Positions 9,058-19,216 of a stretch of DNA of 64,000 bases are shown piece after piece. This DNA is from Clostridiaceae bacterium (GTDB taxonomy: Bacteria > Bacillota > Clostridia > DSM-8532). Position numbers and translations under genes: made by a program. The DNA lies in assembly GCA_012728095.1 (NCBI GenBank), contig JAAYFU010000022.1, positions 33,350 through 97,349 of the forward strand, written 5' to 3'. The first letter of the stretch is position 1. The number at the start of each line of letters is the position of its first letter. Below the pieces are notes generated by a model. It saw only the letters and a program-made list of their open reading frames with translations. It was not told where the DNA came from and made no database searches.

Positions 9058-10332
9058 TTATTGCCCCATTACTCCTGACGAACTTATCAGGGTACCTGTC
9101 AGGATAATAATTACAAATAACGAAGCCCCCATTATTCCAAGCATTAAAGAAATACACCCGGCCGAATCCGTCAATGCATCACAAATGCTTTCGTCGCAGA
9201 TTGGCGCCCCGACAGTCGCGGCAATGCGAAATGCCGTCATAATAATAAAGACTTTGATAAACGGTATCACAAAAATCAGTCCCAGGCCAATGACAGTCAA
9301 AATACCCGCAATATTGCTTACTGCGGCCGTACAGTGAAGTATGGTCTCTGCGGCATCCGACATGTACTTCCCGGCTACCGGAATAAACGTTCCGATGGCA
9401 AATCGGGTTGTTTTTATGGTTACCGCATCAATTGAAGAACCGGCTACCTTTTGTATCGACATTAGGACGGAGAATAACAGTGTTATGGCTCCGGTAGTCC
9501 ATATTGCGCAGCTCTTTAAGAGGTTGGCCAATGAACTTAGCTTGAATCGCTCGGAAACGCTGTCTACCAGGAAAAGAGTACCTGCCATCACTGTAACCGG
9601 CAAAAGAACGGTCTTAAAAATCTGGCACGCAATATTCACTGTGGCCAGCATTAACGGTTGCATGGCCGTAACGGTTACTATTTTCCCCGAAGCTGCCATA
9701 AGGGCAATAAGAGCGGGCATTGCAACAGATGCCGTATGCTGCATGGTTTCAATGGTTTTTTTTGCTATATCCACCGCATTGCCGAAACTTACTGCCGCGA
9801 CAATGATTAATATGCTGTTGACTCCCAGTTTTGCCACTTCGTTGGGTATCCCGTGCTCTAAAGGCTGCAATGCACGTATAACCGCTCCCAGCAACATGAT
9901 AGCCAAAAGTTGAATAGTCAGCGCAATGTTAACTTTTATTTCTTTCCCAAGAATGGAGCCAAGTATTTTCGGAAGTCCTTTTAAGCTATCCAGGGGCTTT
10001 CCCTTAAGAGAATTCCTTATTATTTCTTCCGAATTCAAATTGTAAGCTTTCGATATTTGTGATTTGCTCAACGCTTTGTCTATCGTTTCTTTAATGGTTT
10101 TTATTTCGTTGTTCTTAAGCTTTTCTTCAATAATATCCTCGCTTTGCGTCAAGACTGCCCCGGTATCCTGTAAAGCTGCAACAGGTGTTGAAGCAGAGAG
10201 TACCGCAAGGAATATAAGAAGCGAAAACCGTATTTTGTTTTTTATGATATAACCCACCGTATTCCTCTCCCTCATCTTAAGTCTTTTGAAAAACCGCGGA
10301 AAACATTCAGCAGCCAGATTGCCGGCATTCAA
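9058..10332 (-). CDS. spoIIIAE: Stage III sporulation protein AE
   Basis: About 400 aa polytopic membrane protein with a signal-like N-terminus (LLIFLAVLSASTPVAALQ). Position in the operon supports the call. The start is uncertain: TTG at 10332 or ATG at 10275. Confidence 0.85.
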   Translation of the reverse strand: MNAGNLAAECFPRFFKRLKMRERNTVGYIIKNKIRFSLLIFLAVLSASTPVAALQDTGAVLTQSEDIIEEKLKNNEIKTIKETIDKALSKSQISKAYNLNSEEIIRNSLKGKPLDSLKGLPKILGSILGKEIKVNIALTIQLLAIMLLGAVIRALQPLEHGIPNEVAKLGVNSILIIVAAVSFGNAVDIAKKTIETMQHTASVAMPALIALMAASGKIVTVTAMQPLMLATVNIACQIFKTVLLPVTVMAGTLFLVDSVSERFKLSSLANLLKSCAIWTTGAITLLFSVLMSIQKVAGSSIDAVTIKTTRFAIGTFIPVAGKYMSDAAETILHCTAAVSNIAGILTVIGLGLIFVIPFIKVFIIMTAFRIAATVGAPICDESICDALTDSAGCISLMLGIMGASLFVIIILTGTLISSSGVMGQ

Positions 10333-10370
10333 CTTGAAATACTGATTTCGGACCTATAAATCCTACAATA

Positions 10371-10760
10371 CTATAATATGCCGGAGATAATATGTATCAG
10401 TGATGTTACAACAGGTACAGCCACCACAAGCATCATAATTTTCCCGACGGTTTCAATTTTGCCGGCTATGGCGTTCTGTCCGACATCCTTGCATACATCC
10501 ACCGAAAACTGGGTTATATACGCCATCCCCGTAATTTTCAGCACCGGTACCAGCAGCTTTGCGTCAATCCCCGAACTTACAATTGTATCTTCCAGCGCTT
10601 TTACGATTGTGCCGGCTTTCCCGAAGGCTATCATCAGGGCTATAACCCCGAATATCAGCCCCAGGATCATACCCATCTCGGGATTTTTCCCTGATATAAT
10701 TACTGCACATATAGCAGCAATAATCCCTAAAATTGCAATCCGAACAAGTTCAGCTTCCAT
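10371..10760 (-). CDS. spoIIIAD: Stage III sporulation protein AD
   Basis: 129 aa, four TM segments, follows spoIIIAC. Confidence 0.85.
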   Translation of the reverse strand: MEAELVRIAILGIIAAICAVIISGKNPEMGMILGLIFGVIALMIAFGKAGTIVKALEDTIVSSGIDAKLLVPVLKITGMAYITQFSVDVCKDVGQNAIAGKIETVGKIMMLVVAVPVVTSLIHIISGIL

Positions 10761-10775
10761 AGGCTTAAATTCCTT

Positions 10776-10970
10776 TCAGAAACCGAATAAGGCTTTAACC
10801 GTGTCAAACAGTTTTACAATCTCTTTTGCCACCATCAGTAAAACCACCACTACAGCGGCTAATGTGGTCATCATGGCCATTTCCTCACGGCCTGACTTGG
10901 TAAGCACAACATTCAGTATTGATACCAGGATACCAATGGCCGCAATCTTAAAAATTAAATCCACGTTCAT
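10776..10970 (-). CDS. spoIIIAC: Stage III sporulation protein AC
   Basis: 64 aa, two TM helices. MNVDLIFKIAAIGILVSILNVVLTKSGREE is a typical SpoIIIAC sequence. Confidence 0.88.
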   Translation of the reverse strand: MNVDLIFKIAAIGILVSILNVVLTKSGREEMAMMTTLAAVVVVLLMVAKEIVKLFDTVKALFGF

Positions 10971-11128
10971 GCATGTATCCCCTTAAATCAAGATTTAATA
11001 ATGGCTTCGTCCACAATACCCCGCGCTTGGAAAGATAATATGTAAGTTTTCTTCATAAACTTAAAACTTAAGCTGCCATCTGTATTAGTTAAGTCGCTGC
11101 ACCAGGTAATAATTTATAAATGAAGATG

Positions 11129-11674
11129 CTACAGTAAGAGAATCACTGCCGCTGCCCCGCTTAAGACCCCAAGGTTCCTGTATAACCTGCCTTTGGTGTT
11201 CATAGCCTCTTTTGCTTTCTTCTCCAGCATTTCAAGATTTTCTTTTTCCATTTCCAATATTGATTCCTGGTTTTCCCTGTCAGATTTGCCTAACAATTCC
11301 CAGAAATCAGAAAGTACCTGCCAGTCCGATTCATCTAAAGGAATGCTGCTGCCCATTTTTTTAATCACTTTTTTCCATGCTTCGCCTGCGTCAATATGCT
11401 GTTGTCTCATTACATTTCCGCATTCTATGAAAATATCCGTCCACACCCCGCCATTTGACTCCCTGCCTACGTTTTCAAATGCCATGAAAAGGGGTATACC
11501 CAACTTGCATATTTGGTTTCTGAGATTAAGAAGAATTTCCGCAAGTTTTGCCAGTGCACGCTGTCTCTCGGCAAGCCTCAAAGACATATTCATTCCCGTG
11601 GCCGCGCATCCTGCAAAAACCATCAGGCATCCTGCAACTTTCAGCCAAAGCGCTATATTCATTACCATTTGCAT
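11129..11674 (-). CDS. spoIIIAB: Stage III sporulation protein AB
   Basis: 181 aa. N-terminal TM helix (LKVAGCLMVFAGCAATG), C-terminal TM helix and a GspF-like middle region. Position in the operon supports the call. Confidence 0.85.
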   Translation of the reverse strand: MQMVMNIALWLKVAGCLMVFAGCAATGMNMSLRLAERQRALAKLAEILLNLRNQICKLGIPLFMAFENVGRESNGGVWTDIFIECGNVMRQQHIDAGEAWKKVIKKMGSSIPLDESDWQVLSDFWELLGKSDRENQESILEMEKENLEMLEKKAKEAMNTKGRLYRNLGVLSGAAAVILLL

Positions 11675-12626
11675 CCATCACCTTTGCCCACCTTTTTCCA
11701 TTATTCATTCCCAGCAGGACTATTCTCTCAAACCCGTCTTTTCCCGCGAGTTGTCCTACTCCCAGTCTTCTCTTAAAATCTTCCAGTCCGAATGCATGAG
11801 CTGTCGCAATTATTCTGACTCCGGCATTCCATGCCATTCGTATCGCATCCGCATCTTCCATAGCGCCCAGTTCGTCCACAACAATAACCTGGGGAGCCAT
11901 TCCTCTGAGCATCATTTCAATTCCCTGGCTTTTCCGGCATCCGTCCAATATATCCGTTCTTGGTCCCAAATCATTCTGTGGCACTCCTCTGAAACTTGCA
12001 GCCAATTCGGATCGTTCGTCTATAACCGCTGTCCTTAAGCCCCTGAAACTGTCATTGCCAAGCCCCTGGCTTATCAGGCGGCATAAATCCCTCAGAATAG
12101 TGGTCTTGCCGCAACGGGGAGGTGACAGAATCAGTGTATTGTGTATATCCTGCCTATTTCGTATCAGCTGTTGAAAAATATCCCTGGCACAGCCTTTCAC
12201 CTGCCTCGAAAACCTGATATTTACCGAGGAAATGTCTTTAATGGCTTTTATTCTGTCGCCATCATATACCACTGTGCCGCATATGCCGGCTCTATGGCCT
12301 CCCTGTAAGGTAATAAATCCCCTTATGATGTCATCCTGGTAAGCATATACCGACTGCTCACATAACAAAAGAAATAAGGAGTTTACTTCCTTGGGCGTGA
12401 CAATCAGCGCTGACTGGCTGCTATGAGACAGAACACCTTCCTCACTGATAAAATAATCGCTTCCGGAAAACACTCCCATCAGGGGAAGCCCGCTTCGAAT
12501 TCTTATTTCTTCCAGATCATTCAGGTAATGTTCTTTTATTCTTTTAACTGCTTTTCTGATCCTGTCGGGTAAGTATGTCGAAAGCAACATATTAAGGCTT
12601 TCTATTCTGTCGTGTTGCCGTTCCAT
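11526..12626 (-). CDS. spoIIIAA: Stage III sporulation protein AA (AAA+ ATPase)
   Basis: Walker A LILSPPRCGKTT and Walker B VIVVDELG. I prefer ATG 12626 (GGAGGT RBS) over the track start at 12701. The 3' end runs 149 nt into spoIIIAB (see findings). Confidence 0.88.
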   Translation of the reverse strand: MERQHDRIESLNMLLSTYLPDRIRKAVKRIKEHYLNDLEEIRIRSGLPLMGVFSGSDYFISEEGVLSHSSQSALIVTPKEVNSLFLLLCEQSVYAYQDDIIRGFITLQGGHRAGICGTVVYDGDRIKAIKDISSVNIRFSRQVKGCARDIFQQLIRNRQDIHNTLILSPPRCGKTTILRDLCRLISQGLGNDSFRGLRTAVIDERSELAASFRGVPQNDLGPRTDILDGCRKSQGIEMMLRGMAPQVIVVDELGAMEDADAIRMAWNAGVRIIATAHAFGLEDFKRRLGVGQLAGKDGFERIVLLGMNNGKRWAKVMDANGNEYSALAESCRMPDGFCRMRGHGNEYVFEACRETACTGKTCGNSS

Positions 12627-12658
12627 GGTAAACCTCCGTATGGATAAGGACATGCTTA

Positions 12659-12687
12659 AATGTATGCCTAAAACTTTTCCGATATAC
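12659..12687 (-). promoter_or_regulatory. Candidate sigma-E-type promoter of the spoIIIA operon
   Basis: Minus strand: GTATAT (12687-12682), 15 nt, CATACATT (12666-12659). CATACA-T matches the remembered sigma-E -10 consensus. It lies between the upstream terminator and the spoIIIAA RBS. Confidence 0.4.
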
Positions 12688-12735
12688 CAAAAAGGAGCCA
12701 AGTTGAAAGACTATATCTTCAACATTGGCTCCTTT
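12687..12735 (-). terminator. Rho-independent terminator of the PrsA-like gene
   Basis: Minus strand: AAAGGAGCCAATGTTGAAG-ATATAGT-CTTTCAACTTGGCTCCTTTTT, a long nearly perfect hairpin followed by a T-run. Confidence 0.85.
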
Positions 12736-12799
12736 AATATTTTTCTTATTATTCTGATAGTATCTCTGTTTCCTATTACAGGGTGCGGGAAATCATTTT

Positions 12800-13939
12800 T
12801 TATTTATAGGAAATAGAGTCGTAAACCCGTTCGTTCTTTATTATGTTATATTTTGATTCCAATCCCCAGCTTTCCAGGGCACTGTTATAAAACTCCTCGC
12901 TTGCGTTTTTCACCATTGAGTCTTTTACCGTTTCCTTTACATCTTCGAATCCGGTCCTGTCTTCAATTTTTACTACATAAATGTGATAGTCGGTTTCCAC
13001 AATATCGGCATCTCCAGGCTTATTGTCAAATACCCACTCCAGAAGATCCCATTCCAGGTAATATTGGAACATGGAGTCCTGACTATATTTTACACTGGCC
13101 TTGCCAAGCGAATTATTATTCGTATCGGTTTCTGACGAGGTTGGTTTGTCCTCGGTATACTCAGCAATCACATTATCAATCGGCTCGCCATTCTTTATTT
13201 TGCTCAAAGCTTCCTGGGCTTTTAATTTCTTTTTTTCTATTTCTACCTCTGAAAGCAATTCCCCGTTTTCATTTCTTTTACTGAGGGTTATATAGCCAAT
13301 ATCAGCACTGTCGTAAAGCTTCGGTTCCTTGTCATATTCTGCTTTTAATTGCTCATCGGTATAATCTTCCGGCTTAAAATTCTCTTCGATATATTTAGTT
13401 TTAAATTTATCTATGACACTGAACATTTCATATATCCGCTGAAGTTCCGAAGGAGTTACTTTATATGTCTCCTTAAACTGTTTATCAGTAAATTGGCTTC
13501 TCAAGGAAGATATTATTGATTCAACCTGTTGTTTTGTAGCGGCATCAATCTTGATCCCCGATTCCTGTGCCTTAATATACTGGATCATGAATTCTTTTGA
13601 GTAATTCAGGGCTTCACGTTTGGCTGTCTCATAAGGATCCTGGCCATCAGCTATGGTTGTCCAGAATTTATCTTTTTCCTCCTGGGTTGTAAGCCCTTCC
13701 TCGTATTCGGTAGCCGACATCTGCTGATGCAATAAAAACTGGTATAAGGGTTTCGATATTCTATACCCGTTAACCGTGGCCACATAACTTCCCGAATCGA
13801 TCAAATAATAAACAAGTATCGCAGCAATCACTAAAATGACCGTAACAATTAACCTTGTTATTTTTTTCTCACGCTCGGTTCTTATCAGCTTTTTCTTTTG
13901 AGGTGTTTTAACCTTCTTTATACTAATTGCCTTATCCAT
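12800..13939 (-). CDS. PrsA/SurA-like membrane-anchored foldase (parvulin-type PPIase-like domain)
   Basis: 379 aa with an N-terminal TM anchor and a SurA_N-like region (VATVNGYRISKPLYQFL). The C-terminal region (...KAQEALSKIKNGEPIDNVIAEYTED...GDADIVETDYHIYVVKI) resembles a degenerate parvulin domain. A gene downstream of mfd in this position is common in Clostridia. Confidence 0.65.
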   Translation of the reverse strand: MDKAISIKKVKTPQKKKLIRTEREKKITRLIVTVILVIAAILVYYLIDSGSYVATVNGYRISKPLYQFLLHQQMSATEYEEGLTTQEEKDKFWTTIADGQDPYETAKREALNYSKEFMIQYIKAQESGIKIDAATKQQVESIISSLRSQFTDKQFKETYKVTPSELQRIYEMFSVIDKFKTKYIEENFKPEDYTDEQLKAEYDKEPKLYDSADIGYITLSKRNENGELLSEVEIEKKKLKAQEALSKIKNGEPIDNVIAEYTEDKPTSSETDTNNNSLGKASVKYSQDSMFQYYLEWDLLEWVFDNKPGDADIVETDYHIYVVKIEDRTGFEDVKETVKDSMVKNASEEFYNSALESWGLESKYNIIKNERVYDSISYK

Positions 13940-14047
13940 AATGTTCCATCCTTTTTCTCATGCATTAAATACATGCCATACATAATTGTCCGATATTAAT
14001 TGGCTTATCTGCTTCACATAATGGAAATACACATTTATTATAAGTCT

Positions 14048-17000
14048 TTACGGCTCCGACTTCAATTTTTGTAGCGCTTGTAATAGAATTTTAATATTTT
14101 CAATGACTTCGCCGGGTTTCATGTCTTTGGTACGAAGAGACAAATATGGCTGCTTCCCTGCGCTGAATAATAATTTTCCCTTCCACCGGCTGATTAGTTC
14201 ACTGATCTTTTCCAACGGCAGCCGGCTTTGTTCGGCAAAATTCAGAAGCACCGCTTCGTCTTTCTGCTTTATTGAGGAAAAGCCAAGCTGTGAAGCCAGG
14301 TTCTTTATATAAGCTATTTCGATAAGCTGGTTTGTTTCGGTTGGTATATCGCCATACCTGTCAATCAGTTCATCTTTTATGTCAAGGATATCATCCTCTG
14401 TTTCTATGGCGGCAATTGCCTTGTACATATCGATTCGTTGCTCCTCATCCCTGATGTAGGAAGCATCAATATATGCGCTCACCAAAAGCTCCACTGCGGT
14501 ATCTGCCGACTCTGCGGCAACTTTTTCTCCTTTAAGCTCAGATACGGTTTCATCCAGCAGTTTCAGGTACATGTCATACCCTACCGAATCCATGTGTCCA
14601 TGTTGTTCAGCTCCCAGGATATTGCCTGCGCCTCTTATTTGCAAATCTCTCATGGCAATTTTAAAGCCCGATCCAAACTCGGTAAACTCCTTTATGGCTT
14701 TTAACCGTTTTTCGGCAGTCTCATTTAGAACTTTGTCCTTTTTATATGTTAAATATGCATATGCCAGACGATTGGATCTTCCGACTCTTCCCCTGAGCTG
14801 ATAAAGCTGGGCAAGCCCTAATCTGTCCGAATCCTCAACAATAATGGTATTTACATTTGGCATATCAATACCTGACTCAATTATTGTGGTACATACCAAT
14901 ACGTTGAACTCTTTGTCTAAAAATGACTGTATAACTCTCTCCAGTTCTCTTTCCCCCATTTGCCCGTGGGCATACCCAATCCTGGCTTCAGGTACCAAAG
15001 CCTGTAATTGCGCCACTTTTGATTGAATACCTCTTACCCTGTTATAAAGATAGAATACCTGGCCATCCCTTGCTAATTCACGGTTTATGGCATTTTGAAT
15101 AATATCATCTCTATGTTCGACAACATATGTTTGAACAGGATATCTGTGTTCAGGAGGGTCCTCCAGTGTACTTATATCCCTTATGCCTGTCAAAGCCATA
15201 TTAAGCGTTCTTGGTATGGGCGTGGCAGAAAGAGTCAGTATATCCACCCTGGGATACCTTGATTTAATGGTTTCCTTGTGCTCTACGCCGAAACGCTGCT
15301 CCTCGTCTATTACCAGAAGCCCTAAATCCTTAAACTTTACCGATTCGGCCAGCAGCATATGGGTTCCTATTATAATGTCTATCCTGCCGTTTTTCAAATC
15401 CTTTATGATGGCCTTTTGTTCGGCATCGGTCCTAAACCTGCTCAGCATCTCGATCCTTACTGGAAACCCTGAAAACCTTTTTTTGAATGTTTCATAATGC
15501 TGTGCCGCCAAAACCGTGGTGGGAACTAAAAACGCCACCTGCTTGCTGTCCATGACAGCCTTGAATGCTGCGCGCATTGCCACCTCAGTTTTTCCATATC
15601 CGACATCGCCGCATAAGAGGCGATCCATTATAGTATCCGATTCCATATCAGCTTTTATTTCTGCAACGCATTTTAACTGATCAGGAGTTTCCTCATATTC
15701 GAATGTTTCTTCAAACTGCTTTTGCCATACCGTATCGTGAGAAAAGGCAAATCCTTTGGTATTCCGGCGCTCTGCCTGCAGCCGGATCAAATCAATGGCC
15801 AAAGTTCTTAATGACTCTTTTACCCGTGCCTTAACTTTCGTCCACTCGGTGCCGCCCAGTTTATTAAGCCTGGGTTCCCTTCCTTCTGATCCTATATACT
15901 TTTGTATGAGATTCATGCTGGTAGTGGGGATAAAAAGAGTACCTCCGTCCTTATAGCTTATTCTGAGATAATCCCTTCTGACTCCCTCAACCACCAGTTG
16001 TTCCATTCCTCTGTATATGCCGATGCCATGGGCCTGATGAACTACATAATCTCCTACCTTTAAATCAGTAAAAGAAGAAATCCGCTTACTTTTTATTCCG
16101 GTTCTCTTTCTGGCCTGTCCGGATTTTACGGCTGATAAATCACTTTCCGCAAGAACAACAAGCTTTTCGTCTATATATACAAAGCCCGTTTGTAAATGGC
16201 CGTAAACTACTACTGTCGTTATTCCCTCCGGCCAGGTTCCGTTGTGCTGGGCTTTTACGGCTATTACATCTTTTTCCCTTAATTCTTCAATAAACCTGTC
16301 CAGCCGGTCCTCGGATGAGCATAGAAAAACCACCCTGTATCCTTCTTTTAACCATTTTTTAATATCATCCCCTATTAAATCCAGTCTGCCGTTATAGGGA
16401 CTTATCCCGGAACCCCTGATCTTGATTTTTTCTGTCTTGCCTTCCGTAAATATATCATTGTCATCAAGGGACTCAAGCGTAATGATGGAGTTACTGCCGG
16501 CTCTTTCCATAATGGCGTCGGCATCGAAAAGCATGGAAAAGGTATCTTTCAGGATCATTCCTTTTTCCATCAACGTCTCGCAGAGGCTGCTCAGAGCCTC
16601 CTGCTCATTTTTCATCCGTTCCCGGGTTTTCTTCGATTCCTCGAAAAACACAAGATGTTTCTCTTTCAGATAGTCGAACAGACTGGCTTTTTTCTCAATA
16701 AGATATGGGATGAATTTGTCCACGCCGGTAAAATAATGGCTGTCGTGAAGCTTTTCTATATATTTTTCTATGTTTTTGGCAAGTATGGGACGTAAGTCGG
16801 CCGTAACAACCGACAAGGTTTCGTCAAGGGCTTTGCGTATTCTTTTGGCAATAGCGTCTATTTCAGTTCTTGAATATATTATTTCCCTTGCCGGATAAAT
16901 TTCAAGTTCAACACAATTATCTACCGACCTCTGTGTCTCTTCGGAGAACCAGCGCATTGAATCTATCTCTATGTCAAAAAACTCGATTCGGCAGGGCATG

Positions 17001-17560
17001 ACACAGTTTACAGGGTATATATCCAATATTCCTCCCCTTTTTGCGTACTGTCCCGGGCCTTCAACCTTTTCCTCCCTGTTATAGCCCAGTACCAGGAGCT
17101 TTTCTTCCAAAGCCTCCCAGTCTACAATATCGCCGGGTTTAAGATTAATAAGCTGCCTTTCAAAGTCTTTCGGGTCCATTATAAAATGCATCAGAGCCTC
17201 AGCCGATGTTACTATGAATTTATAATCACCCTTCAGAATCCTGGCCAGGGAAGAAATCCTGTCCCGCGTCTGTTCGAAACTCCGCGCTTCCACATCATAA
17301 AGCATTATTTCGCGGTTTGGAAGATAAACGACATTATTGTCAGTAAGATAGGTAAAATCAAGATAAGCCTGTCGTGCCTGCATTTCATTCCATGCCACAA
17401 ACAGACCTTTAAAACCTGATATTTCAGCCACCGCATTCGCCAGGTGACGTTTCTGAGAATCTGAAATACCATGAACAGCACTGTTTATGCCTTCCTGTGA
17501 CAGTTTCACAAGACGGCTTATATTTTCGGAATCCTTTATTGCATAGGTAATAAGTTTCAT
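14048..17560 (-). CDS. mfd: Transcription-repair coupling factor Mfd
   Basis: About 1170 aa. Contains the CarD/TRCF domain (VGDYVVHQAHGIGIY), helicase motifs GDVGYGKTEVA, DEEQRFGV and RGRVGRS, and a TRCF C-terminal domain. The start is either ATG 17560 or TTG 17590. Confidence 0.95.
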   Translation of the reverse strand: MKLITYAIKDSENISRLVKLSQEGINSAVHGISDSQKRHLANAVAEISGFKGLFVAWNEMQARQAYLDFTYLTDNNVVYLPNREIMLYDVEARSFEQTRDRISSLARILKGDYKFIVTSAEALMHFIMDPKDFERQLINLKPGDIVDWEALEEKLLVLGYNREEKVEGPGQYAKRGGILDIYPVNCVMPCRIEFFDIEIDSMRWFSEETQRSVDNCVELEIYPAREIIYSRTEIDAIAKRIRKALDETLSVVTADLRPILAKNIEKYIEKLHDSHYFTGVDKFIPYLIEKKASLFDYLKEKHLVFFEESKKTRERMKNEQEALSSLCETLMEKGMILKDTFSMLFDADAIMERAGSNSIITLESLDDNDIFTEGKTEKIKIRGSGISPYNGRLDLIGDDIKKWLKEGYRVVFLCSSEDRLDRFIEELREKDVIAVKAQHNGTWPEGITTVVVYGHLQTGFVYIDEKLVVLAESDLSAVKSGQARKRTGIKSKRISSFTDLKVGDYVVHQAHGIGIYRGMEQLVVEGVRRDYLRISYKDGGTLFIPTTSMNLIQKYIGSEGREPRLNKLGGTEWTKVKARVKESLRTLAIDLIRLQAERRNTKGFAFSHDTVWQKQFEETFEYEETPDQLKCVAEIKADMESDTIMDRLLCGDVGYGKTEVAMRAAFKAVMDSKQVAFLVPTTVLAAQHYETFKKRFSGFPVRIEMLSRFRTDAEQKAIIKDLKNGRIDIIIGTHMLLAESVKFKDLGLLVIDEEQRFGVEHKETIKSRYPRVDILTLSATPIPRTLNMALTGIRDISTLEDPPEHRYPVQTYVVEHRDDIIQNAINRELARDGQVFYLYNRVRGIQSKVAQLQALVPEARIGYAHGQMGERELERVIQSFLDKEFNVLVCTTIIESGIDMPNVNTIIVEDSDRLGLAQLYQLRGRVGRSNRLAYAYLTYKKDKVLNETAEKRLKAIKEFTEFGSGFKIAMRDLQIRGAGNILGAEQHGHMDSVGYDMYLKLLDETVSELKGEKVAAESADTAVELLVSAYIDASYIRDEEQRIDMYKAIAAIETEDDILDIKDELIDRYGDIPTETNQLIEIAYIKNLASQLGFSSIKQKDEAVLLNFAEQSRLPLEKISELISRWKGKLLFSAGKQPYLSLRTKDMKPGEVIENIKILLQALQKLKSEP

Positions 17561-17629
17561 AATAATCTTTTTCCGGTATCCTTGTTCCAATCAAGATATT
17601 ACAATATTATGACCGCAAAGCTTCAGCCT

Positions 17630-18349
17630 CTAAATTGTGCCCTGCATTATTCCCCAGAATACATTATTGGGGTTTATACCCAAAATATATTCAGTGGTAA
17701 TGGCCATACTGCGAAAAACGGGATTTGCAACTGCCCTGATAAAAGCGCTCAGATAATCATTCGGATCCAAAACCACAAGCGCAAAAAACGCAAGGCCAAT
17801 AAACGGCTCAAAACGTGAAAACTTAATAAAAGCTTCTTCGGAAATAAACCCCGATATGAGCCTGGAGCCGTCCAGCGGAGGTACCGGTATCATATTGAAT
17901 ATTGCAAGATTTATATTTACAGAAACAAGTATATAGAAAAACAGAGCAACGTATACAAACATTTTCAGCGCTTTTTCGGTGTCTATTACAATTGTGCCGG
18001 TATCAATAAGCTTCGCCAAAATTCCTCCTATGAAAATGCTGATGAAGCCTAACAAGATGTTGGACAACGGGCCGGCCATCGCTACCAGGACAGTACCCAT
18101 GCGGCGATTTTTAAGGTTGCTGAAGTTTACCGGAACCGGTTTTGCCCAGCCAAAACCCACGGCATACATCATCAGTACCCCAATAAAATCCAGGTGCTTA
18201 AAAGGGTTCAAAGTAAGGCGCCCTGCATTCCTGGCTGTTGGATCCCCCAATTTATAGGCAACCCAGCCATGAGCCAGTTCGTGAACCGGCAAGGCAATAA
18301 AAAGAATCGGTGTCATTAATAAAAGAGTTTGTAAAGATAAATAGTTCAT
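17630..18349 (-). CDS. Site-2 protease family (peptidase M50) membrane metalloprotease
   Basis: 239 aa, polytopic. HELAHGWVAYKLGDPTA (HExxH) and NPFKHLD motifs are present. Confidence 0.85.
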   Translation of the reverse strand: MNYLSLQTLLLMTPILFIALPVHELAHGWVAYKLGDPTARNAGRLTLNPFKHLDFIGVLMMYAVGFGWAKPVPVNFSNLKNRRMGTVLVAMAGPLSNILLGFISIFIGGILAKLIDTGTIVIDTEKALKMFVYVALFFYILVSVNINLAIFNMIPVPPLDGSRLISGFISEEAFIKFSRFEPFIGLAFFALVVLDPNDYLSAFIRAVANPVFRSMAITTEYILGINPNNVFWGIMQGTI

Positions 18350-18356
18350 ATATATC

Positions 18357-18731
18357 CTATCTGTTCCGTTCCAATAAACTTATTATCGGGCCTGCAAAAG
18401 CAATTATCCCTATTATAACAGAAATAACGGCGCTTACCAATACTGCCGCCGCGCTGATGTCTTTCACATTTTTCGCCTGCTGTGAGTATTCGGTGGTAAC
18501 CATGTCTGTCAGAAGTTCTATCGCCGTGTTAAACAACTCGCATACAAAAACAAGCCCTATGGCAAATACCACTGCCAGCCAGCGGGGAATGTCCAGCTTA
18601 AACAAGATTCCAAAAACTATAACCAGTATTGCCGCGGCTATATGTATTTTCATATTGTGCTCTTCGGTGACGGCCCGGTAAAACCCGTTGACGGCATTCT
18701 TAAAACTCTGGGCAATACTCTTATTTTTCAT
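18357..18731 (-). CDS. dgkA: Diacylglycerol/undecaprenol kinase DgkA
   Basis: 124 aa, three TM segments, with the ELFNTAIELLTD motif. Follows ybeY, as in the B. subtilis yqf cluster. Confidence 0.9.
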   Translation of the reverse strand: MKNKSIAQSFKNAVNGFYRAVTEEHNMKIHIAAAILVIVFGILFKLDIPRWLAVVFAIGLVFVCELFNTAIELLTDMVTTEYSQQAKNVKDISAAAVLVSAVISVIIGIIAFAGPIISLLERNR

Positions 18732-19216
18732 TTCCTGATAAGCCCCATTTCGTTCAATATATCTTCCTGCAAAGAAAACATGCGTTTCTCGTCTGTTTCT
18801 GTCTCATGGTCATATCCCAACAGGTGCAAGGCGCCATGAACAGCTAAAAATGCCAATTCTCTTTCGACAGAATGGCCAAAGTTTTCAGCCTGTTCAAAAG
18901 CTTTTTCCACAGATATGATTATGTCACCCAAAAAGACCCGACCGGAACCGGGATCCATATCACCTGGCTGTATTTGCGGCTCACCATTAATATATTGAAT
19001 TATGGGGAAAGAAAGTACATCCGTTGCTTTGTCAATGCCGCGGTATTCCAGGTTCAGTACCTTTATATTCTCATTGTCGGTTAAGGTAACATATGCTTCA
19101 CAAGGGTATGGGAAACCCTCTTTTTTGACACACAGCTTAACCGCCTTTTCAATCAGTCTTTTGATATCTTTTGATATCTCATGCGCTTTCTGTTGGTTGT
19201 ACACTGTTAGTTTCAT
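18728..19216 (-). CDS. ybeY: rRNA maturation endoribonuclease YbeY
   Basis: 162 aa with the zinc motif HGALHLLGYDH. Confidence 0.93.
   Translation of the reverse strand: MKLTVYNQQKAHEISKDIKRLIEKAVKLCVKKEGFPYPCEAYVTLTDNENIKVLNLEYRGIDKATDVLSFPIIQYINGEPQIQPGDMDPGSGRVFLGDIIISVEKAFEQAENFGHSVERELAFLAVHGALHLLGYDHETETDEKRMFSLQEDILNEMGLIRK

Noticed and set aside
9341-10986. Plus-strand ORFs of 190 aa (9341-9913) and 202 aa (10378-10986)
   Set aside because: Antisense to spoIIIAE and spoIIIAD/AC. These are artefacts of the hydrophobic-codon bias of membrane-protein genes.
10971-11128. 158-nt gap between spoIIIAB and spoIIIAC containing a 22-aa ORF (MKKTYILSFQARGIVDEAIIKS)
   Set aside because: No RBS and no recognisable family. 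It is too short to support from sequence alone.
11193-12038. 281-aa plus-strand ORF
   Set aside because: It is entirely antisense to spoIIIAA/spoIIIAB, which have clear motifs. The sequence is Ser/Phe/Ile-rich and low-complexity, with no RBS. It is a typical shadow ORF.
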